A DNA stretch of 64,000 nt, taken from assembly GCF_009914755.1 (NCBI RefSeq), contig NC_060925.1. One strand, given 5' to 3'. The DNA is from the human T2T-CHM13v2.0 reference genome, Homo sapiens. The notes beneath the pieces were generated by a model. It had not been told where the DNA came from and did no database searches. It saw only the letters and a list, made by a program, of their open reading frames with translations. The position numbers were made by a program, and so were the translations under genes. Shown one piece after another: positions 1-16,339 of this stretch (positions are counted from its first letter, which is position 1; each line of letters begins with the position of its first letter).

Positions 1-100
1 AAAACTTGCCCAAGTCACAAAACTAATAGGTGTTGAGGCTAAGATTTGAACCCACACAGTCTGGCTCTAGAGTCCTTGCATTAAACCCCTCTGCTCTGCT
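1..100 (-). mobile_element. MIR SINE fragment
   Basis: aacttgcccaagtcaca...gatttgaaccca...tctggctctagagtc is the reverse complement of the MIR 5' half. Confidence 0.75.
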
Positions 101-139
101 ACAGAATAAAGCGTGAAAGTCTTCCTCCTTCCACGCTTT

Positions 140-760
140 CTTCTGTAGCAGAGCAGAGGGCGTTGGTGCAAGGAAAGGGTATCACAGCAGTTGAGGTGAG
201 GAAGGTTGCTGGTTTGGACTAGAGCAGTGCCTGCAGAGGGGAAAGAGGCAGACAGATTTGACAACCATTTGGAAATTGCAATGGAGTGAGCGGTTGAATG
301 ATAAGGAAGCATCAAGGATGGCTTCTAAATATTTGACTTCAAGTGGATTGGTGGTGTGTTAATGTGCCAAGATAGGGACAGGTAGGAGAGAAACATGTTA
401 GCTGGAAAATCAAGAGCTATATTTCAGAACTGTACATTTCAAGATGGAGATAAGTAGGTATGAGTCTGAAGCTCAGGGAAGAAGTCTGGGCTAGAGATGT
501 AAACTTTGGAGGCACCAGCATGTGTAGGGTATCCACCACCATGAAGTGAGTGTAGGTGGAGAAAAGTGGAAGATTCAGTATTAACACTGGGGCTCACTAA
601 CATACAGAGATTGAGAAGAAGAAGAGAAACCAGCAAAAGACATGAAAAGACAGTGGCTAGGGAGGTAGGAGGAAAACCTGGAGGCTGTGGTATTAGAGAG
701 GTCAAAACAGGCAGAAATATGTAAAGGAGTAGGATGAATGCCCCTGTTCACTTTGGTGAC
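140..760 (-). mobile_element. L2 LINE fragment
   Basis: Purine-rich antisense L2 motifs such as gagtctgaagctcagggaagaagtctgggctagagatgtaaactttggag; boundaries approximate. Confidence 0.65.
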
Positions 761-794
761 AGGAATGCAGAGAATTCATTACATTTAGCCAAAG

Positions 795-1080
795 CTTGTA
801 ATAGAGTTTGTCATTGCCTGAATGACATTCTTCCTTCTTCCTCAGTAACAGCATCTCGACTGGGGCACAATACTACTTGAAATAGTGATCTCATTTATCA
901 GTCTTTCTTAAAGCTAAGTATGTCCATGAAACCAGGTTCTCCCAATGGAAGTAGTGAGAAACTTCTGGAAAGGATTCTTAAAAAGCAGAAGCCCCTTTGC
1001 CATTCCTGCTTCCTGGAATGTGACTTGGATAGCTGGAACCCCAGCAGCCATTGTGTATGTAGAAAAGTTTGCTTAGCAAT
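795..1080 (+). mobile_element. MaLR LTR fragment (MLT1J/K-like)
   Basis: cattcttccttcttcctcagtaacagca and cctggaatgtgacttggatagctggaaccccagcagccatt resemble old MLT1 LTRs. Confidence 0.5.
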
Positions 1081-1104
1081 AAAGAGTATACGATAACCAT
1101 AATG

Positions 1105-1335
1105 AACCAATACCTATATAGCATCAGGCACTGCTCTAAATGCCTCATATATTTTGAATTCTTTAATCCTCAAAACATCCCTATGAGATAAAAACTATTA
1201 CCTTCATTGAACATGAGGAAAATAAAGCACTGGCAGGTGAAGTAACTTGCCTATGGTCCCACAGCTAGAACATGATAGAACCACTACACAAACCCAGACA
1301 ATATGGCTTAGCTCTTAACCACTCTGCCATACTCT
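1105..1335 (-). mobile_element. MIR SINE
   Basis: caggcactgctctaaatgc...tttaatcctcaaaacatccctatgag...aagtaacttgcc...ctcttaaccactctgc. Confidence 0.8.
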
Positions 1336-1796
1336 CTGAGATGAAGGTGTGTGGTCATGAGATACAATCAGGCCGCCCAGCTGTGGGCTTTTATCCCACA
1401 AAAGGCAGTTGCTATGGTGTCAGGCAGAGGGGCACAGTGAGGCTCCCCAGAATTGTGGTCTGGCCAGCCTAGCAGGATAGAAGGTGAAAGGGAAAGCTAT
1501 TGAGGCCCATTATTACAGTAATTATATTGATGGACCATGGAATCTAAGTGAAGATGAGGGAAGAGGGTACCCGGGAGGAGAGAGAACCTTGTTATGTTAA
1601 GATTCCAGGTTCCTCTTCCCTAAACTTAGAGCCCTGAATAGAATGACTGCCTAAGTCCCTTCTCGTTCTAAAATTCTGCCCTTCTCTTGGTGCTCAATAA
1701 ATATTTGTGGAATGGATAAATGAATAGATGTGTATGCACATAGGCAATACACATTTTCTTAGCAGACACACATATAAAAATAAGAATATAATATGC

Positions 1797-1844
<48 letters not shown>
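1797..1844. repeat. (AGAT)12 tetranucleotide microsatellite
   Basis: Twelve perfect AGAT units counted directly. Confidence 0.97.
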
Positions 1845-2369
1845 TTGCTAAGCAAAGGAACATTGTAAGCAACAAAAGCACCTAGCTTCAGGGAACTGAA
1901 TGTAAAAACACTTATACACATTAATAACATTGTTTTATAATTACGTCACATGCCAATTAAGCAAAAACACAACTGCTCCATATCATTAGTTATTCTGTGT
2001 CCAAATTATTGAGGACTTGTAATATATCTTAAAACATTTTATCAGGACATAAGCAGGGCTCTTGGTGCCCTCAGTACCACTACACCAAGCACTCAGGCAC
2101 GGTGCACCTACAGAGGAGGCTGCACACAGCATAGGTATCTGGTGGCCATGATTCATTCACATCTTTCTCACATGCCAAAAAGGCGGGAGAGGGATGGTAA
2201 AGAGAGAACTGACCATGTGGTAACCAGAAAACATTAGGTCTCCTGACCTGACTGTAAAGATGCTCCAAGGTCTGTATGAAATTACACTGAAATTTACTAG
2301 CACACAAGCACCCAAGTGCCTGGTGTGTTACATATTTTAACCTAATTCATACTATGTAATAAGTGCTCC

Positions 2370-2570
2370 TACTTAAGAACAGTGATTATATACTAAGCAA
2401 TGTATATGTATTAGCTGTCAACGACCCTATGAGATAGATGCTCTTTCTCGCCTCATAGTAGTGATGAGAAATCTGAAGCTAAGAGAAGTTAATCCCCTGC
2501 CCCAGGTTACAGCAATTAGTTGGCAGCATCAGTAGCAGTAGTCCAGTCTGTGTGAAGTCTGAGCCCTCTA
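2370..2570 (-). mobile_element. MIR SINE
   Basis: ccctatgagatagatgct...gatgagaaatctgaagctaagagaagttaat...gcccaggttacagc. Confidence 0.65.
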
Positions 2571-2608
2571 TCCTCCCCACCATCTTTTGGTATGTGGCTC
2601 ACAGATTA

Positions 2609-2767
2609 AAGTCACGCGTTGCTTAACGATGGGGATACATGCTCTGAGAAATGCGTTGTAGGTGATTTTGTCATTGTGCAAACATCAGAGAGCATTACAT
2701 AAACCTAGAAGGTATGTGTATATATATATATACACATACACATTAATAACATTGTTATATATATATA

Positions 2768-2800
<33 letters not shown>

Positions 2801-2979
2801 TATATATTTCACATGGAAACCAAATTACCCAGCACCATTACTAAATATAAGTCCTCTCCCCTACTTGATCTGCAATAATAACATCAAGTATCTATAGATG
2901 CTCTGTTATAATCTTATGGAACAACTGTCTTATATGCAATCCATCATTGCCTGAAACGTCATTGTGCAGGGCATGACTA
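2609..2979. mobile_element. Tigger3 (Tigger3d-like) TcMar-Tigger non-autonomous DNA transposon with internal (TA)n(CA)n tract
   Basis: Termini aagtcacgcgttgcttaacgatggggatac... and ...gaaacgtcattgtgcagggcatgact; TA at 2607-2608; interior cccagcaccattactaaata...cttgatctgcaat matches recalled Tigger3d. Confidence 0.8.
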
Positions 2980-4014
2980 AACTATTTTCTCCTTCTTTTA
3001 ACAGAATTGCTCCCAAAAAACAGATTTATTGAAACTTCCCTCCTACCAGCCCAGGGCCCAGGTCCCCAGAAGTGTATCTTTGAGTCCCCTGCTCTGATGA
3101 CTCTGGGAGACCTCCACCCTCCTGCCTTTGGCTATGATGCCTGATTGGAGTTACTCATCCTTGTGCCCATACATTAGCTAAACCCATTAACCTGACAGGA
3201 CTCCACTGATGTCCTTTTCAACAAGCAGCCCAACAGCCGATTTAACCAATATAGATTTATTGCTTAACGCTAGAGAGAAGAGAGCCAGGGAGGGAGGAAA
3301 TGAGGGAGAGCACTAGCAACCCCTCCTCCCGCATCCTGATGGGCAGCCAGCTATCCTCTCCTCCAGCAATTACTGACACTAATTAGTGGCTTACTGCAGA
3401 TCTGAGTGAAGAGACTGACACAGGCACAATCCTGCCTACCATATTCCAAGCGCAGTCAGAGTCCTCAGGAAAGGCCCCTGTCAAGGGCCTGTCTAGGAAG
3501 AACTTGGCAGCTCAGAAACCAAGCAGATTGGAAGGGGTGGAGGGAAGATCTATAAAATGGCCTCATAACCAGGGTCTGTTCTGCTTCCTGCTCCCAGCTC
3601 CGGTCTGGCTGCTGCTTTTCTCAGCTGAGGCCCTGGGCTTCTGTGGTGAACAGCACTCAGCTGGCTGCAAATCATGGAGGCATATGGTTTAGATTCGTGA
3701 AGCCAAGTCATTAGCCCTCTGACCCAATTATAGGAATTATCACAAAGAACAAAGCAATTGGGATTCAGCCATGGTGCTGCTCTTCACTTTAAAGGAAGTG
3801 TCTTGGGAACCAGGTCTATTTTCCTTTAAAAAAAAATGCCTATTTTACGTGATACAGAGGCATTTCCAAACTTACAAGACATCATCGAAGAGAGTGCAGG
3901 AGGCTCCTTTAGGGTAGAGGGCAGATGTTTCTCAAAAAGCACAGGTATCTGGTGGCCATGATAGAATAGTACATAGCAACAGCAGCTAGAATAGTACAAA
4001 ACAAGTGTTGCTTG

Positions 4015-4155
4015 TTAAGGGTTGTGGGTTCTAGTCTTGGTTCAGGCTCCAGTGTGTTGTATGAACATGGGTGAGTCACATTTCCACTCTGAGACTCAGT
4101 GGCCTTCTTCATAAAGCGAGGAATCATTTTAATGATCTTTAAGGTTTCTCCTAGC
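4015..4155 (+). mobile_element. MIR/MIR3 fragment
   Basis: gggttctagtcttggttc...gagtcacatttccactctgagactcagt...atgatctttaaggtttctcctagc. Confidence 0.6.
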
Positions 4156-5664
4156 ATGCCCATTCCCAACTGATCATGCCCCAGAGTTATATCATCCTTT
4201 ATGGTGAAAAACTTAGTGAAATAAGCTCATAAAATAATATTACTTTCTAAAATAAGCTATAATTTTATAGCAGATTTCTGTGCGAGAGAGTCATGAATGT
4301 GTTTTCTTTGTTTTATTTTTAATGAAATTGAACTTAGAAAAAGACCTGACACCCCTGAACTTAAAAAGTGAACAGAATCAACTATACGACTTTGTATCAT
4401 CTAGTTAGAGAAACAATTTTTAATAAAGAAAGAAACTATGAAATGTGATTGCCCATTACAGCTATCTACTGGGTAATAAGTGTTGCTGATTCTGTGCCAT
4501 TTAGCAAAAAATACTGCAAAGAAAAAAAATATTGCAGGTTTAGTATCTTAATTATGTAGATTTTACTTTCAATGAACTCCTGCCAAAATAAATTGCGTAT
4601 ATTATCTAAAAAGCAAATGTTAATTAAAACTGTATCTTGATAGCATGCTTGGTTCACAAGACATTCTGAGCATATGAGATTATATGGCACACATAAGCTA
4701 CAATCAACTCAGACTGAAGGTCCGGGTCATTTCAGTGATTCATGTTAAGCCGGACAGTGCTGACTGGTACTGGCGTCTGACAGCAGCACCTCACATATTT
4801 ATATAGAAGATGCAGCTTGATCCCAACTTATTTTTTCCAGATGAGTGAAGTGTCTCTGCCTGCTACAGAGTCTCATAAATAGGACAGCTGACTTGAGTTC
4901 CCATTAATTAACTGTTTAACACAAAGCGACCCAGCGATCATTCATCAGAGCTACAAAAATAAAATCCCCAGCAAGGAAATGAAATTGGGGTACAGGCACA
5001 GAGGACCAGAGGCCACCGTATTCATCACTTGTCTGTTTCCTTCTGCTCCCCTGGGCTTGGATGTCCCCAAGATCAGACCATCATCCATACACCCCTGATA
5101 GGTGGGTAATTGCATTCTTGAGCCACAGCATCTGGTCCTTTTTGAACATCTTTACTGCTGAGCAGTGTATACAAAGAACAAGATCCAAATACTGCAGAAT
5201 TGATTCTTCCACCCTCTCCAAGAGGCATGGCTCCAAAGCTAGTTTAATTATAGGTGTTTAGACGTACTGCGATGAATACCTTGGGAACAGCCGTTCCACA
5301 GCACCGCTCTGGCAAGCACATACTTTCTTTTCTATTTTTTTTTCCACTTTCTATTTTAACAAACAGTCAACTGTGTGCTGCATGTAAGTGATCTGTAATC
5401 AACGGAACACTAAAATGCCAAGTGTTAGGGAAAGGTCAGGGGGAAGTTTTTAGACAGGAGCCTGGAGCCACGTCGTGGCCTGGAATCACAAGGCTGTCAT
5501 TTCCACTGGACTTCCAGGGTCAGCTCATTTCCAAGCTATTACCAATATACCCTAATAGATGCTCGTGTATGTTCAACTAAGCCACTTCCCACCTGCCTCT
5601 AAGAATCTCTCAAGAATGGCCTTTAAATGTTGGCCTGCATTATCGATGTTTCCAGAGGTGTAGC

Positions 5665-5860
5665 AGGAATGAAGGCCAACAGACCAGGGTTTGGATCTCC
5701 TCATTACTTAGGAGGTGTGTGATGGTGTGTAAGTCACTTCAACCCTTTCAGCTACTGTCTCATCGTCAAACAGGAATGATACTGCCTACCTACAGGGGCA
5801 GATGTGAGGCTTAAATGAAAGAAGGAATGTAGAACAGTACCAGATACTTAGAAATATGTA
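5665..5860 (+). mobile_element. MIR SINE
   Basis: aagtcacttcaaccc...atactgcctacctacagggg...gtgaggcttaaatga. Confidence 0.7.
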
Positions 5861-6104
5861 GGAGCAGCTATGATTCATTCAGTCATCATTCATCCACCTG
5901 TCATCCATCCATACAACAGACATTTTGTGTTGACTTTGATAATTCAGAGTTAGGTTTATGCACAAAGACATTTAGGGAAAAAAAGGATTTTATGAAGAAA
6001 AGTGGAGCCATGGAATGGATAACCACTGAGCAGGTCTAATGCCCCCAGGTGCAGTGCAAAAGCAGGAGAGGACAGGAGACAGGTATAAGGATGTCTCCTT
6101 TCTC

Positions 6105-6875
6105 TGTGTGCTGGCCATCTGCCTGTTTATTCTCAGGTCCCATTTCTGCCTGTCTCTGCCTGGGACACCAAAATCTGCATTTCCCATATTCTCTTGCATG
6201 GTGGCTTTTGCTTAGGCTTTGTTGACAGGGAGATCTGGGAAGGCAAAAGGAAGGGATTTCCTGTTTTCAGGTCCCATATTTCTTCACAGTGTCCTTCCAG
6301 CAGCAGAGGACAGCTAGACCTCCAGCATCATTTGGCAGTTTCCCCCTCTTTGTTGATCTCAGGCCTCTTCCTTGATCCCAGGCCCAGAGCTTACCAGCCA
6401 CTCCCAATCTCAGCATCAGCCAAGTGGCACCCCATCGGACCTCAGCTTCAGTCATACAGAGTCCACTCAGCATTCTCATCACCAGCCACCAGTACTCCTC
6501 AGACGTCATGGCTCATGGCCCAGCACCCTGGAGGTCACAGCACAAGCCGTGCAGTGCCTGTTCTCTGACTCCAACATCAGCCTTCATAGTCCCTTCTCGC
6601 TGATTCCAGCATGGGCTGGTAAGCATCCACAGCCCCTCAGTAGTGCAGCTTAGCAAAGAGGGACTGGTGGGCTCTAGATACACTATAGCTTTCCTTATTC
6701 CCTCAGCACTAGGTAGGGAGCTTCCTGCACTTACTAATCTCTGCTTCACTTCACCCTTCCCATTTGCTCTTTCAACCCATCAAACTATTTTATAACTAAT
6801 CCCCTGTATTAAACCCCCTCCATGTGAAATACCAAATGTGGTTTGTCTTTTCCCAACTGGACCCTGACTGATATA
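6105..6875 (+). mobile_element. ERVL-class solo LTR (LTR33/LTR41 group)
   Basis: 3' end attaaaccccct...gaaatacc...actggaccctgactgatata is typical of this LTR group; 5' boundary approximate. Confidence 0.6.
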
Positions 6876-6984
6876 CGTCCAGCGCACTAAAGCCTGAGGG
6901 GGAGGGGAGATTAAGAAGGTTGTTTTAAAAGTTAATACCCTTTAATCCAATAATTCCACTTCTGCAAATCTTAAAAGTGATGTC

Positions 6985-9440
<2,456 letters not shown>

Positions 9441-9659
9441 GAATCCTATGCCTGCAAGAGATAGATTAAAAGTTATTAATGACTCTCTTAAAAAAAAGTC
9501 TGTTGAATGAATGAACAGATGAATAACTGAAAATGTTCATTGTAGCATTGTTTATACTTAATGAATGACTGTAAACAACCTATATATCTTGTATAACAGA
9601 AATGGGTGAATTTGTAAAAAATCCACTCAATGGATCATATAAACATTATATTGAGCCTG

Positions 9660-9800
9660 ACATAAATGATTCCCAAAGTATGGTCTATGAACTGCATGCC
9701 TCAAAATTGCCAAAAAGCAGAGTCTCAGGCACCACCCCAGAATTTTCATAAGTTCTTAAGGTGATTTTAGCACCCTAACTCTTAGGAATCCCTGGTCTAG
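9660..9800. mobile_element. MER5-like hAT-Charlie fragment
   Basis: tgattcccaaagtatggtc...caggcaccaccccaga...aggtgattt...ggaatccctggtcta. Confidence 0.5.
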
Positions 9801-10927
9801 TATGAAAATTGCAGAAATTTGCAGTAATTTGAAAAATGTATCTTACTATGCTAGCTGGACAAAACAAAAATAAAACCAATCAACCAAATAAGCCGAAGCG
9901 AGGGCAATTATAGAACTAAATGAGACAAATAGATAAGTAGATATGTAGGAAGGTAAAGAGACAAACAATGATTCTTTAAATCATAAAAAAAAAAAAAAAA
10001 GAACTGGAAGGAAATACCCGGAAGGAAAAAAAGAACTGGAAAGAAATGTGTTTCTTTGGAGAATGGAATGGCAAAACTATTACTTTGTTTCTCTCTTTCT
10101 GATTTTTCATATTTTCTGAATTTCTGATAATAAGCATGTATTTTATAATGAAAAATACCAAACAAAATTATCTTTAGAAATATATAGAGAGATATTTCTC
10201 AGATCACCTAGGCCAGTTGAAAACCCCTGGTCAGAATCTCCAACCTCTCCTGTCCTGGGTTCCTTGGGCTATTCCTCCATCATTACTTGTCTCCCGTGGG
10301 ACATGGGATGTGATCATTTCCTTAAATCTTACTCCAGCTGCACTAAAATCAGAGTTTGGCAGCTGGTAAGCCATTGAAATTTCATACTTAAGACATCAAA
10401 GCTGGCAGCCTTGCTTTCAATTCCCCCCCAGCTCATCTTCTTAGGAGAAACATTTCTCGAAAGCACTTGATCCCTTGAAGTTATTGGGCACCACATTTAG
10501 AAAAAGCCCCACTCAGGATAGACAGGCAAAGTCAGAGAGAGCTCATGCACAGTATATGAAAAGCTTGGATATGTGTGTGACGTAGACGGGGAAAGGGGCC
10601 CAAACAGCCCATCAGCTCGGAGCCCCTTCAGTCCAATTCCCAATAGACTGTGCAAATGTCAAGGGAGAAAGAGGGACGATCACAGTATGGAAAAAGTTCA
10701 TCTTGGGAAGAGCTCTCTTTGCAGCCAAGCCTGCCATCAACCAGAAACAGCATGATGGTACTCTGTTAGGTCATCTCCAAGGAGAAGAATTTTAGGTGAG
10801 CGCTTCAATGTCCCTAAAATAGGGCCCAACTCCACTTCGTTGTTGGTTGGCATTGCTGCTTCCAGCCTGCTGCCAGTTCTTGAACTGGACTCTTTGTGCC
10901 AAGACCCCGGGTCTTCTTCCTCTTTAC

Positions 10928-10988
10928 CAAGGTGCTTCATAAAGACAGTCACTCTCCCTGGCGGGTGAAAGAAAATGATCCCTATTTC
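10928..10988 (-). other. Candidate spliced exon (61 nt, or longer if terminal)
   Basis: Minus-strand acceptor acttttgcctattactttacag|G and donor CTTG|gtaaag in non-repetitive sequence. Confidence 0.25.
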
Positions 10989-11364
10989 CTGTAAAGTAAT
11001 AGGCAAAAGTCCTCCCTGACAGTGAAATCTGGGCTGTAACACAGCCAAACCACCACCTCAGAGCAGGCGATTCGACAGGCACTGACAGCTCCTGTGCAGT
11101 CAGCAGTGGCCAGCCCTCCTCTCTCCCAGACAATGAAATTACCATAAAGAACTTGTCAGCCATGCCTTCACTGGTCTCTTGATTCCAGTTTTCCTATGAC
11201 TTGAATCCATTCGAACATAGGCAAACCTTCCCAAAACTCCGATTTCTTCATGTTCAAAAACCAAGAGCAACAGAATCAAGGATAAGTTTATAGCTTGACA
11301 TTTCAATCTTTCCAAATTCTAGCTCCAACAGTATTTCTAAATGTGTATTAAGAACAGCCAACAT

Positions 11365-11930
<566 letters not shown>

Positions 11931-12753
11931 TCCTAGTTGTACCTAGAAGGAATGGCCCCTGTCAGCGGGGCCACTCTCTACACTTTCTCCTAAATGTGCC
12001 TGCCTTACTCCTGACTTTTCTCTCCCATGTTCCCCTCCCCTCCCCATGAGTAAGCATGTCCTCTAGGTCCACTGCCAGATATAAGGGCCTAGGGCATTTG
12101 CCATGGTCCTTAATCCTTCTCTGCAGTGTAGGGAGGTCTTGGCTTGAGGTGTTCCTAAAGGATCCCAGACAGCCCTGGTGTCAGCCGACTGTACTTTAAG
12201 GATGTGGGCTTGGAGTCTAATGAATCTTGAAAAAGGAAGGCTCATTTAGGTTCCTCACCTGTAAAGTAGGGAGAATAATCCTGCCCCATATCATTGTAAT
12301 GAAGGTTAGTGAGAGAACCATGCAAAGGGCTTTGAAAACTTCCAGAATCATATCTTCCTTTGAACTCGAACAGTATGTTGTACTAATATTTCTTCTGCCT
12401 TTACTGTAGCCATTGGCATTCTTGTTTTCCCCATTTTCCCCCTTAGAGAGACATGTACCTTGACAGGTGGATTATTTGTGTGTAGTTTCTTTTATGAAGA
12501 GCAGGGCTTGAGTGCTCTAAAATCATCTATCCATATACTTCCAGGAATCCATTTGCTGTTGTCCTTAAAGTCTTTAAAGTAAAATGCTAAGTCAGGAGTT
12601 AACTGTAAAGAGCCCACCCTCTTCTTTCCCTTTTTAACTCCTTCGCCCCCTCTTCAGCACTCCCCATGCTCACATTGATGCTACTTCATTTTTGAGACAC
12701 CAGTAAATAGACAGTCTCCCATCTACCTCTTGTCCTGTAATAATGAGGTATCA

Positions 12754-13831
<1,078 letters not shown>

Positions 13832-13884
13832 TTTACCAAAAAAAATTGGGTTTCATACTTCCTGCTATCCTCATAAGGGTAGGT

Positions 13885-14070
13885 GGTGCAATATATTTGC
13901 AATAACCCAGGCTTTGGAGTAAGAGAGACCTCAATTTGAATCCTGGGTCCTCCCATTCACTATGTGTCCCTGGAATATGCCCCCTTACTCTCCATTTCCT
14001 CCACCTGGAAATTGTGGTAAAACCACAATTTGGGTTGTGAGGAGGGTTGGGAGGGTTAAGGAGAAGACAG
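13885..14070 (+). mobile_element. MIR SINE
   Basis: ggctttggagt...tttgaatcctgg...tttcctccacctggaaatt...gggttgtgaggagg. Confidence 0.6.
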
Positions 14071-14394
14071 TCATAATACACCTAACACAGATAGACACTC
14101 AAAAACTGGCAGTTCCTTTTTTATCCCAGCACTGTGGCTTAGGCCCTGTATTAATAGCTGGGGATGTAGAGATAAAGAAGCCACCATCCCTATCCTCAAG
14201 GAACTCCACAGTTTACTGGAGCATGTAGACATGTAAGTTTCTATATATACATGTACAGGATCATAGGACAGATAAACAGGTGCTTGTGAAACATGTGAAA
14301 GGCATTCCAAACACACCCTGGGGTCAGAGGCAGTCAGGGATGACTTTCCAGAGTCCAGAAGTAAAGCTTGAGCTAAGCCTTGGAAGAAGAAAGG

Positions 14395-14590
14395 GCATAG
14401 ACTCTAGGTCAGACCACCTGGGTTCCTATCCTTGCTCTGCCCTATACATATTTTTGTGACCCTAAGGGACAAAGAATCTTTTTGAGCTCTATGGAACTGT
14501 CTTCATTTGAAAAAGGAAGTGATAAACAATGTATAACCGGCAGGATTGTTGTGAAGTTTACAGGAGATAATAAACAAAGATATTGTGATA
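14395..14590 (+). mobile_element. MIR SINE
   Basis: gactctaggtcagaccacctgggttcctatccttgctctgcc...ggattgttgtgaag. Confidence 0.65.
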
Positions 14591-15023
14591 GCTAAGCTTA
14601 GGGTGAGTTTATGGACAAAGCTAGGTGTTAGATGAGGGGGAGCCTTATTCAATATAAAATAATATAACCTGTGAATCTCAACATTATGTGCATGGATTTT
14701 ACAAAGTAGTTCTGCATGTGTGCACGTGTGTGTACTTGGATTTATATTGAAAACAAATCCTCTTAAGGAAACTATTCCAAATAAAGGCCTAGGGGAGGTC
14801 AGGTGGACCCAGCCATCTTCTTCCCCAGCCTAATCTGGATTTATAGAGTTTATTTTTCCTAAATTGCTCTAAGTGCTTCAGGTGTACTATCTGATTTACC
14901 TTTATGACATTCCAATGTAGTTAGAGGCAGGCAGTATTATTTTCATTTTATTGATGTGGCTATTAAGGCAGAGAGGTGAGCTAGCTTAAGTTTGTAGAAT
15001 TGTAAGTCAGAAAGGGACTTTGA

Positions 15024-15417
<394 letters not shown>

Positions 15418-15429
15418 AAGCAGTCCGAC

Positions 15430-15650
15430 GTGGAGTCAGGCTTTGTCATCTCGGAGACTTAGGTTCAAATCCCAGATCCACTACTTAGCAGCTAGACAAA
15501 TTATTAATCTCTCCAAGGCTCCACATCCTCATGTACAAAATACCTACTTCCTAGAGCTGTTTTGGAGACTAAATAAAATAATAGATAGCAAGGCATTTTG
15601 GTATTTATAAAGTACTGCATATGTATAAGGCATCATTAGTATCACTGTTA
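15430..15650 (+). mobile_element. MIR SINE
   Basis: ggttcaaatcccagatccactacttagcagct...tacctacttcctagagctgtt. Confidence 0.65.
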
Positions 15651-15687
15651 TCATAAAGGCTTTCTCCCTGACAGGTACCACTTTGGA

Positions 15688-16250
15688 TTGTTGCTGGGAC
15701 TATAAATTGGCACAACCCTTTTGATGCACACAGGGGCCCTATCTACCAACAATTTAAATATACCCATCCCTTCTGAGCCACAAATTCTACTTCTAGGTAT
15801 TTATTCTACAGATCTACTTCCACGTGTGTATAATACATATGTTCAAAGATATTTTCATTACCACATCATTAGTAATTTAAGAATACTGGAAACGACCTTA
15901 ATGATGTTCATTGGGAATTAATTAAATACATCATAATATGGTGATAAAATGGAATATATTGTTACATTGTTAGGAAAATGAAGTATTTCTATATGTACTG
16001 GTATAGTCTGATCTTTAAGATATATTATTTAGTGGAAAAAGTAAGCTGCAGTAGAGGGCATACACTCTGGAGCACTGTATTAAAAAAGTGAATATAATAT
16101 GTAAACCCATGCACGTGTATATTCTCAGACTGTGGCTGGAAAAATATGGAAGAGATTGGAATAGTATTTGCCACTTGGGAAGGAAATCAGTCAAGTAACT
16201 TTTTACTGTAAGCATTTTTATATTATTTTAATTGTTTTTACCAGGAGGAT
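15688..16250 (+). mobile_element. Old L1 (L1ME-like) ORF2 end / 3'UTR fragment
   Basis: ttgctgggactataaattggcacaaccctttt...caaattctacttctaggtatttat. Confidence 0.7.
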
Positions 16251-16339
16251 GTGTTCCTTTTATAGCCACAGAAATATAAGCATCATAAAGATGTTGACTC
16301 CCTAACTAGACATTAAGTTCCAGGGGAGCAGAAACACAT

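Noticed and set aside
2808-2900. L1-like sequence inside a Tigger element as a novel capture
   Set aside because: It matches my recollection of the Tigger3d consensus interior, so it is not locus-specific.
4820-4900. Plus-strand acceptor ttattttttccag|ATG, and similar acceptors near 47980 and 62900
   Set aside because: No convincing paired donor or open frame; such acceptors are expected by chance.
6194-6653. Overlapping 124-aa and 93-aa ORFs
   Set aside because: They lie within a GC-richer ERVL-type LTR and have no recognisable domain.
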